Of a stretch of DNA of 64,000 bases, positions 1 through 9,149 are shown in pieces. The translations under genes and the position numbers were made by a program. The stretch is from the NCBI GenBank assembly GCA_964234715.1, contig OZ174282.1. One strand, 5' to 3'. Source of the DNA: Podarcis melisellensis (lineage: Eukaryota). Each line of letters opens with the position of its first letter. The first letter of the stretch is position 1. The notes under the pieces were generated by a model that did no database searches, was not told the origin of the DNA, and was given only the letters and a program-made list of their open reading frames with translations.

Positions 1-256
1 GACAAACCCCTTGCAAGGTCTCTCTTTGGTCTCTTTCAGAAAAGCCTGTGAGGGAGCCCAGCTCTACAAGCTGGGGAGCGGGGGCAAGGGGATACAGTGT
101 GCATGGTGTGGTTTGTGTGATATGGACCCCCCAGAAAGGTTGGTGGTCTTTGCCGTCACCTATGCTATTCCCAATTTAGGCCACCTCTCAGCCCAGCATC
201 TCAGCCCTCTCCCTCCCCACCACCACTTGTTTCTTGCTTGGTTATCCAGGGAGACC

Positions 257-428
257 ATGTTGAGGATCCTGCTGCTGTCCTTAGGACTCCTGCAAGAAAT
301 CCCCACCACCCTGGCCTCTAACCCCAACCACAGCCGCCGTCTGGCCGAGCGGGGCCCCTCCATGCTGGACGAAGAAGGCCGCTCCAGCTACCCAGGGCTT
401 CTGCAGGTGATCAAAGAGGGACCCCCAG
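257..428 (+). CDS. AGRP: Agouti-related protein, coding exon 1 (signal peptide + pro-region)
   Basis: Acceptor ttatccAG ends at 249, then ACC-ATG at 257. Translates MLRILLLSLGLLQEIPTTLA... (hydrophobic signal peptide). Donor CCAG|GTCAGT after 428 is phase 1 and matches the next exon. Confidence 0.85.
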
Positions 429-1476
429 GTCAGTTTCTCTCCTTTCCCCTCTGCCTGTCTCTGCAGCCTTTGTACATGCAACACAGCTCTAATGTAGTTG
501 AGGGCCCCTGGGCAAGAAAACCCTCTTGTCTTCCGAGTGTGGAAAACTCAGAGTGCTTTCCCCTTCGCTGGGTGGTTTCCTTTGGCCTGACACTTTTGAG
601 TTCCTGGATTAAGGCAGCGTGTATTGCAAGCCCTCTGCTTGTGAGTAACACTGTGTTCATGTTACGTACCAGCTTTAAACCCAGTAAGGTCATTCCACCC
701 TCAACCCCACCCCCTGCATTTCAAATAGCATCTGTGCATCTTTATACAAGTTGCCGGCTGTCTGTCCACACAGGTGGGAAGACAGGGGTGCAGATGTCTT
801 CATATGGATCAAAGCTGTTTCGGAGGGAAACACAGTATTTCTCATTTCTCAGGAAACTACAGGACAGTGTCAATTCTAGCTAATGGTAGCTTCCCAACCC
901 AGCAGCGGGAGAGTACAGTATAGGGAAGGAGGCTGTGCCCAGCCACAGATGCCAAGAGCTCTCGTGGACGGGCTCTTTACCCATCAAGCAAACCCAGATT
1001 CACAACTGATCTCATGCACGTAGTTAATTATTTTATAAATCACCCTCTAACAAAAAGTTATCTGGGCAGCTCACGGAATAACAATACACCACAGCAATAA
1101 CAATGACATTAAATGAAGTATTAAGACAAGGCCAGATAAGAGCAAAAGAGGCAAAGGGTGGTGGTACTCAGCTAAGTTTTACTCAAGAGTAGATGTACTG
1201 AAATCAATGGACCTAATTTAGTCATGTTCACTAGTTTTACAGAGGAAAATTTAGTTGAATAGCACTCAAAGAACACAAAATTTAACAAATCACCAAAGGC
1301 AAAACAATCTTATTAGCTAAATTATTATTTAAAAGGCTTGGGTTTTTGGTCACGGCTGAAAATACATTTACATGGGCTCCAATTAGACACCTCTGGGGAG
1401 AATAGATCAGAAGTTGTGAACAGCAGCTTCGGGAAGGCAGTGAAGGAGCTTCCACACCTTTGTTTTTCTTTCACAG

Positions 1477-1559
1477 ATTTTGAACACCTGGCTGCTCTGG
1501 AGATGCCAATTGCCCAAGATGACCTTGTGCTAGAAGCAAACGCAATGGAGCCACAGCAG
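1477..1559 (+). CDS. AGRP: Agouti-related protein, coding exon 2
   Basis: Polypyrimidine tract + tcacAG|AT, reads (D)FEHLAALEMPIAQDDLVLEANAMEPQQ, strong donor CAG|GTAAGT. 83 nt, phase 1 to 0. Confidence 0.85.
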
Positions 1560-1596
1560 GTAAGTGAAACCCTCCCACAAGCTCCCTGACTGTGCT

Positions 1597-1765
1597 TGCA
1601 TATCAGAAGTGTCCCTACACTGAGTCAGGCATTGCTCCATCTTGCCCAGGATCATGCAGTCACATTAGCAGTCATTCTGCAAGAGAGAAGCATCCCAGAT
1701 CCCAAATGATTTAATCTGGGACCTTACCTGTGCAAGGTGTGTGTGATGGAGCTATGGGTCCTCCA
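1597..1765 (-). mobile_element. Degenerate tRNA-derived SINE (Squam3-like)
   Basis: Reverse complement begins GGAGGACCCATAGCTC...CCTTGCACAGGTAAGGTCCCAGATT and resembles the copies at 35140 and 14060. Confidence 0.45.
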
Positions 1766-2353
1766 CCAACGCCATAGGACGAAGAGTTTATTTATTATTA
1801 AAAGTATCCTCTGCCCTTCCTCCAAAAGGAACATTTGGTACAATTGCATCCTGCAGCTCTGGATAATCCACCCCTCTTCCTTACACTGGTCAACCTTCCC
1901 AATTTGTGCTAGATCAATGTCATGATCAGAAAACATCCCATAATGATACCAGTAGAACAAACAACTCCAGGTGGACCAAGCCAATGAGGTGGCATTTCCC
2001 CATCCTCCTGAAATGTATGGATCCAGAAGCTCCTTCCAAGTAGGAGCAGGCCGAGGTTGTCATAACTTGTTTTATAGTCATGCATGTATTCTAAGTCAAA
2101 CCCTGGAGGAAGAGCAATCAGTCAGAGTCTTCGTCAGGTAGGCTGTTGACCAATATATGGGAAAGCAAGGTTTGGATTAATATACTGTGGCCAACGGGAT
2201 GCTGCCAGGTTGCTTTCTGTGCAGCCTAGACCCAAGCCATAAATAGGTGGATGTGTGTGTTTTTCTTTTCAAATGTGTATCTTCAGGGCAGCAGAAGTGG
2301 TTCTTGCCAAGCACCTCTGATCTCTTCATTCCTTCCCGTTGCTCTCTTTGCAG

Positions 2354-2545
2354 ATGTTGCTGACAGCCCTGCAGACCCAGGGAAGGGAAGAGCGTTCCCC
2401 TCGAAGATGTGTCCGCTTGCAGGAATCTTGCCTTGGGCACAAGCTCCCCTGCTGTGATCCATGTGCCACCTGCTACTGCCGCTTCTTCAATGCCAATTGC
2501 TTTTGCAAGAAATTTAGCAACACTTTCCCCTGTGGAAAGAACTAG
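2354..2545 (+). CDS. AGRP: Agouti-related protein, coding exon 3 (cystine-knot domain)
   Basis: ctctttgcAG|ATG; MLLTALQTQGREERSPRRCVRLQESCLGHKLPCCDPCATCYCRFFNANCFCKKFSNTFPCGKN*. Ten-Cys agouti knot, RFF motif and RxxR convertase site. Joined CDS is 447 nt = 148 aa + stop. Confidence 0.97.
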   Translation: MLLTALQTQGREERSPRRCVRLQESCLGHKLPCCDPCATCYCRFFNANCFCKKFSNTFPCGKN

Positions 2546-2610
2546 CCTTCATCAGGGTGCCACTCCCTTATCATATGTTAAAATGGGGGCCTGTTCTTTT
2601 TACCCATTTT

Positions 2611-2616
2611 AATAAA
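2611..2616 (+). terminator. Candidate AGRP polyadenylation signal AATAAA
   Basis: AATAAA 65 nt downstream of the AGRP stop codon. Confidence 0.6.
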
Positions 2617-3949
2617 AAGGAGACACGAAAACACGAGCTTCTCTTTCCTTACAAAAGAAAAACAGACAACCAAAAGCCTTGATCACCTCAGCAGATGACA
2701 GTTCTCCAGCATTCTCCTAAAACCCAAAGCTTTAGCCAGGCATTCTTGGCATATTTGGGTACTTGAGATCGGTAAAGGGATGGCTTATTGTGCTGTACAG
2801 ACATGGGTTCCCCATCTCAGGGTCTCCGAGTAGGTTACTGTACAGTAGCACTTAGAAACCTATTTTTGTCATGAAGTGTTATATTAATAAATACTACTAC
2901 TGCTAATAATAATGTATACATATATTATGCCTGGGTGGTAAGGTTTCCAGGGCATGGAGCCCACTCCATGGTGGGATAGAATTTTGTGGCATGGTTATAC
3001 TTCTGAAGTAGCCTCAGAACATGAACAGGGCACTTTCAGCAGCAGGTGAAACTCAGCAGCTGGGTCTGCCAGTGGACACTTTCAATGAAAGGAAGTGGGG
3101 AGGGAGGAAGGAACTAGTCCTATATCAATGGATAAAAACCATCTCAGGAAGGGGCAAAGTTTAGAGCAGTGTTCAACAAACAGTGAGCCAGGAGCCAGCT
3201 GTCTGGCCAGCTCCCTTAGCTGTGCCATTGCCTTTTGGTTGGGCCAGTGCCAACCCTTGCGAAGATTGCTGAGAGACAAAGAGGTTTGAGGTGTGTGGGA
3301 AGATCTCCCTCCTGATGGGTTTAGGAAGGGCACTCATTGGATGAAGAAACTCTGCAACAAGACTGCCCCAACACCCGGAAGCAGCAGCAGGAATGTGAAC
3401 TTCAGTAGTTGTATTTATTAACCAATAACAGCTCAAAATTTTAGCATAACAGCTGGAATTTGTAACAGGGGTAAGATTAAGGTACCAGCTTGTCCCCACT
3501 GAACTTTGGAGGGAACCACACAGGGTTGGGGAGAATACAGCAGTGACAGATCAGGAATATCTCTTGACAAGCCTGCAAAACACTGCAACACTTTGACAGA
3601 TCAGGGGCCACAGAAATAGAAAGGGGGGGGGGGAGAGAAAAGAATGAAAGAAACTGGAAGGGTCTTTTTGGAGGGAGGATGGCATACAAGTCTAGTGTGA
3701 AAGGAGAATGGAAGAAGAAAGACAGGAGATGGGTGTAAATGCTTTAAGAAACGTGGGGGTGGGGAGGGAAACCATTCTCCACCTGGGAATTTTGCGTAAA
3801 ACGGGGAGGTGGCTAAATTTCCAAAGCAAGTGCCTGGACTTGGGTTGGGGAACGCTGAGCTCTGGGATTTCTCACCACAAAGAAAACGCAGTTTATTTAG
3901 CAATTTCCAAAGATGACTCGGATTATCTCTTGAGGAAACGTCGATGCCA

Positions 3950-5200
3950 GGCATTGCTAGCTGATGGCAACGAGCTCCGGCTGCTTCTGCGCCTGGCCCG
4001 CTATTTTGTGCCTGGGACCGAGACTGAGTCATATTCCGCGTCCTCAAGTGGACTGGGGGCATTTGACAGTCCTGGCAGGGAGAGTCCCTTTCCCGCTTTC
4101 TCAGCAAACAACCCGCTGATCTGCGGGGCCGCAGAGAAGCCGGACCTGCCCAGGGACCTCCGAGGGAAGACGATGTGGCCGCCAGGGGGCAGCCGCGCCA
4201 TTCTAGGCATCAAGCCATAGACGTGCGCCTTCCTAGAGGAGCCATCCTTGCCTCAGCCTTAGCGGGCCTTTTTCCTCCACTCCGGCCTGCTCTCTAGAAA
4301 CGGCCCCGCAAGGCTCTCCTCGCGCCGAAGTCGTCGGAAGTGCGGGGTCGGCCAGGGGCCGCCAGCCGCAGCCGCGTTTGCGCACTCCTCACGGGCCCCC
4401 ACTAAGTTCTCCTGAAAGTAACGGACCCAAGACAGTCGTGTCCATTAACCTCAGCGGGTCTACTCTGAGGAGAACCATAGCTGACTAACGCCCTGGATAC
4501 ACAAATGAGGGCCTGGAAGCACCGAAATCGCCCCGGCGGCTGCCGAGGTCTTCTGTTGCCCAATGGCAGCGCTCCATTGGTTTCTATGGGCAACCCTCAT
4601 TTCCAACCCGGGAGGGGGGCGCTTAAGAGAGTCTGACAGGAAACAGGAAACCACCCCGGCGGGCCTTTCTAGGAGTCGTGGAAGCAGCAGAGTTTTCGTC
4701 AGGATCACGTGAGAGACGAGACTTTTGCTCCCACTTCCGGCGGCCCCTCAGCCTCCTCCGAGCCCGGCCGGTTCCCTTGTCCGCCGCCGCCGCCGCCGCG
4801 ATGTTGCTCTCGTGCTTCCCGGAGCTGTACTTCAACGTAGACAGCGGCTACCTGGAAGGCCTGGTGCGAGGCTTCAAGGCCGGCGTCCTCAGCCAGGCCG
4901 ACTATGTCAACCTCGTCCAGTGCGAGAGCCTCGAAGGTCAGCTGGGGAGGGGGAGGTTTTCCTGAGCATGTGCAGAGGGCGAGGCGCCTAGCGCGACTTT
5001 TCCTCGGGGATCCGCTCCGGGCCCTTCTTAGCTAGCCGCCCACACCACCGGCCGCTACCTGCTCCTTTCCCCCTCCGCCATTCCTGGTAGGTTTCGGTTG
5101 GCCTGGTCGCGCTTCATCCTCAGGGCGGCCGCTTCTTCAGTCAGGAGACTGGCCGAGCCTGGAGCAGAAGCGGGGGCGAGCGAGGGCGGGGGCGCGTTGG
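3950..5200. promoter_or_regulatory. CpG-island promoter of ATP6V0D1 (CCAAT pair, ETS motifs, E-box/CLEAR, CTCF-like motif)
   Basis: Sharp local rise in GC and CpG around exon 1. CCAAT 4560-4564, ATTGG 4576-4580, TCACGTGA 4705-4712, ACTTCCGG near 4733-4740, TGAGTCA 4025-4031, GCC repeat immediately before the ATG. Confidence 0.85.
4801..4936 (+). CDS. ATP6V0D1: V-type proton ATPase subunit d1, exon 1
   Basis: [45 protein letters not shown]; donor GAAG|GTCAGC; 136 nt, phase 1. Confidence 0.97.
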
Positions 5201-5654
5201 AGGTGACTTGCTTCAGCTGCAAGTTGTTTTGCTTGATTTCCTTGTGGTGGCGTTGTATGATGAAGTTCTTTGATTCATCAGATTTAAAAAATAGCTCTAT
5301 CCTTGCTGAGGTTCCTGCCATGAAGGACTTTAAAGGTAAACACACACACTTTGAGTGGAACCTGGAAGCAGGTGAAGGTGCTGGGGTATTGGTGAAAGAG
5401 GTTTGTAACACCCATCTTAATACTGATGATGCGGCAGTCCAAGTCCCCAGGTGACTTCATTCAGTCATGTCACCTAATAAAGCAATGTGGGGTAAGGAGA
5501 GAGAACCCTCCTGGACCCCAAAGCATAGATGCTATGAAATGACTGCCTAGGTCCAAGTGGAAAGACAGGAAAACAGTGCTGCCAACTCCAAACTTATATA
5601 TGGTCACATGGTCATTGCTTTCAAAAGCCACAGAAAACTGCCGGAACGAACAGA

Positions 5655-5750
5655 GTCATGCTTCCCCTGAAAACACACACAACTTGTGATGCTTTAAAGG
5701 CTGACATGTTTATTGCAGCAGAAAGTTTCTGTAGAATTAGAGCCTCATAA
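5655..5750 (-). mobile_element. Decayed Penelope-like element terminal fragment
   Basis: Minus strand ...GAAACTTTCTGCTGCAATAAACATGTCAGCCTTTAAAGCATCACAAG... has the same layout as the Penelope-like end at 33963, but the ribozyme core is decayed. Confidence 0.4.
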
Positions 5751-6589
5751 GTTCAAAGGTAGCATCAAGCACAGTCACCAGCTTCTGCTCTTGTGAATAG
5801 TAACTGCACTTGCATTAAGATTCTGCATCCCCCCTCCTTTTCCCCCACTTAAAGATTTTTGGGCCGAACATCTTTGGATAGCACACTATAGAAATACTTG
5901 GGGGGGGGGAAATCTTTATGATATTAGCACGCACTTTTGTGTTTGTAATGTAACATGTCTGGCTCTCTGGAATTTGTCATTAGTGAGTGTTTTTGCAAGA
6001 TAATCAAGAACAAGCTTTGTCAAATTTTTAAATGAAGGGAATTCCCAGATTGCAGGGCAGCTGTCAAGAGCCCTGCAAGTGGGAATTGACACCAAAGTGT
6101 GTTTCAGACTATAAAGGCTGGAGCAAGTCTTCTTGGGGCTCTGAGCAAAATCCCAAATTCCTTTATGGAAAGGGAGTCATAGGAAGCCTTGTCACATTTC
6201 TAAGGCCAAAGGCTTTGGCTCATTCACTTAAATGTTAGCTCCATTGGGTTCATAATTCCTAATGAATTATGAACCCAATTTCTTTCCAAGTAAGTCTGCT
6301 TTAGGACTGAGGTTTTTGAAGTAATGGTAATGTAAGCTGGGGAAATAAGTAGCAAAATTCAACATTTATTCACCTGAGTTGAACATCCTTTTATCATATG
6401 TTAAATTTCGTGCTGCGTTTTCCAGATTGTCTTGGCAGCTTTTTCAGTTGAGTTCAGAGAATGTTTTGCAGGATGAAACTGTTTCTTCATTAATATTCTT
6501 TTATTTTACCATTAATATTATTTTATTTACTGCTCAATTGTGGCTAAAATTCAAAGTGATTTGCCAAAAATACTAAAATTATCAATAAG

Positions 6590-6870
6590 AACTATTTAAA
6601 AAATCAAAATTAACAGTAAAAGAGGTTAAAACACATCAGCATGTCTGGATAAGCTGGTCTAAAGAAAAATGTTTTTAGCAGGCACAGAAAAGAGTACAGC
6701 AAATACACCTTCTTGATATCAGTAGGCAGCAAGTTCCAAATTTTAGGTGCTGCTGCACTAAAAAAAGTGATTTTTTACAAATGTGGAATGGATATTATGT
6801 GGCACCTGTAATAGTGTCAATTGGGCATATATGAGTAAGGTGATCTGGTAGGTAAACTAGTTACAAGGTG
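6590..6870 (-). mobile_element. L2-type LINE 3' fragment
   Basis: Pattern AAAAATGTTTTTAGCAGGCAC...GCAAGTTCCAAA...GGTGCTGC...ACTAAAA resembles the antisense of reptile L2 3' regions. Confidence 0.4.
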
Positions 6871-7607
6871 TTAAGGCAACTCCCAATTTATGTGGGGGTT
6901 AAGTTCCAAGGCACCGTACGTTTAAGTGAAATCATGTATATTTCCAACAGCATTGAAAAAGCCTGCAAACACCCATCCTGCCCCTGTTCCGTTCCTCCCC
7001 GTTTTGTTATCGTTTCTGGGTTCAGCGCAGTTCCGCACCTATCAAACATTCCTAAAATGGTTGCTGCCAGTATCCTAATAGTAACCCCTTGAACTTGGCT
7101 CAGTAGCAAATTGGTAACCAGTGTAGATATCTAAGCTTATCCCACACATAAAGGACTCAACAAATGTAGGCTGCAGGACTAGACACCTACCTGAGAGTAA
7201 GTCTCATTGAACTTGGGAGGGCTTATGTCTGAGTAAACATCCATATGGTCACATGCTTGGCACATGGAGAATAATATTGACAGGAGTTCCTTCATTTTCT
7301 CTTTTGTGAGGGTAATCGGCTGACACACTGTGGAGATTGCAAGAGGTGGAGATGTAAAAGAGCCCTGGGCTGCTGAATGAACAAGCTACAATAGACTCAA
7401 TTCATACCAATTGATTAAAAAAGACCACCTCATTTATTAATAATACTTACTTGCTGCTTTTCCAGCAAAAATTCTCTAAGCAGTTTGAGTAGTAAAATTG
7501 GGCAGCTGCAGCATCCCCTGTGCTCTTCCTTGAGCCCTTCATAGCTTGGTAGTGCCTGTCTCTCCTGGCTCTTTGAGCTCTCGATGGAAGAGGCAGTTCA
7601 AGGTGCT

Positions 7608-7609
<2 letters not shown>

Positions 7610-7643
<34 letters not shown>
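7610..7643. repeat. (GT)17 microsatellite
   Basis: Direct read of the sequence. Confidence 0.95.
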
Positions 7644-7646
<3 letters not shown>

Positions 7647-8252
7647 GTCCTCTTGCCACTCCTCTGGATAAGTCCCCCTGCCCTGGAAGTGGGTCATTAA
7701 GTATTGGCCCCAGGTGACACAATCTGTTAGTGTCCAAAGGAGGATGAGTTTCGTCTCATTTGGGCAATGGTATTGACGTCTCCTTGGCTTTACAGGATGA
7801 ACTGACAATGCTAGTGATTACATATGTTTTTACTCATTAGTCTAGATTATTACTAACTAATTAAAATACGGTAATTTATATATCTCCTTTCCAGAAGAAA
7901 TACTGAGGTGATTTACAAACTGATAAAAGCCGATGACAAAACAGCAAGAATTTGGTTATAAAACCAGTTATAAAATACAGCTCCTTGTATATATAAACAT
8001 ACACATATATAAACATCCATGGAAATAGAACAAAAAGTCGGGAGATTCAAGTTAGGGAGCTGCTTGTCTAGATGATGTGTCTCAAAGCTTCAGCTCGAAA
8101 TGTTAAGCAGGGCTCTTCTAATAGCAATCCTGCCTTTTTGCTACCAGGCCAATTCAAGATGCTTGAATGGAATGATCCTACAAATCCCTAAAAGGGGTTG
8201 CTTGAAGGAGGAAGATCCAATTTCCTGTCTTTTTTCTAGCCATGTCTTTATA

Positions 8253-8504
8253 CAGTGGTACCTCTGGATGTTAACCGGGTCCGTTCTGGAGTCTCGCACG
8301 CATCCAGAAGCTAACGCAACCCGCGTCTGCGCGTGCACAGGTCCCAATTTGCCGCTTCTGCACATGCGTGTGACGTCATTTTGTCCGTCTGCGCATGTGC
8401 AAGCGGTGAAACCTGGAAGTAATGCACTCTGTTACTTCCGGGTCGCCGCAGCACGCAACCCAAAAATACTTATACTGAAGCTACTTCAGCCTGAGGTATG
8501 ACTG
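8253..8504. mobile_element. Tc1/mariner (Tigger/pogo-like) MITE
   Basis: TA|CAGTGGTACCTC ... GAGGTATGACTG|TA: terminal inverted repeats with TA target-site duplication; CpG-rich interior. Confidence 0.8.
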
Positions 8505-9013
8505 TAATTGGCAGGGGAAGGAGCCCCGTTTAGCCCATTGGCATGGCTTGTTGCACAATGACAAGACTTCCTCTTTCATGGCCCACACAACTATGGAACT
8601 TCCACCCTTTGTAAGTTAGGGGATGTTTCCTTTGGTGTTTACTGAAGACACATCACTTCACACAAGCATTTGAGGAGATGTTTATGTATTCGTTTTAGCC
8701 ATTTTAATTGCTCTTATGTTGATTCTTTGTTTTGTTTTGCAGTGCCTTGCTTGAAGGGCAGTCTAGAAATGTAATAAATACATGACACTGAATGACAGTT
8801 CTGGCAGTCAGGGGAAGGGTAGGTTGAGACTAGAGGTTTAAAACCATTCCAGAGGTTTCTTCTCTTCCAGTAGTTCTGCACATCTTTGCTTGTGTTCTTA
8901 ATTTCCCTGCTTGCTGGGATCAGCCTCTTGTAATTCCTCACTACCACCATGAGGTGGTGCCCCAGACCTCTGCCTGGCTTTTCTTTCCTGTCTGACTTTG
9001 CAGTGTGTTATAG

Positions 9014-9149
9014 CAGGCATGGCCAAACTTGGCCCTCCAGCTGTTTTGGGACTACAGTTCCCATCATCCCTGACCACTGGTCCTGTTAGCTAGGGATGAT
9101 GGGAGTTGTAGTCCCAAAACAGCTGGAGGGCCAAGTTTGGCCATGCCTA
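9014..9149. mobile_element. Palindromic hAT-type MITE
   Basis: 58-bp inverted arms (9014-9071 and 9092-9149), termini CAGGCATGGCCAAAC, 8-bp TSD TGTTATAG / TGTTATTG. Confidence 0.85.

Noticed and set aside
401-412. Alternative AGRP donor CTGCAG|GTGATC at 406
   Set aside because: It is phase 0 and would frameshift exon 2, whereas the donor at 428 (GTCAGT) keeps the frame.
11-883. 290-aa ORF
   Set aside because: Only 257-428 is AGRP exon; the rest is open intronic sequence with no protein-like features.
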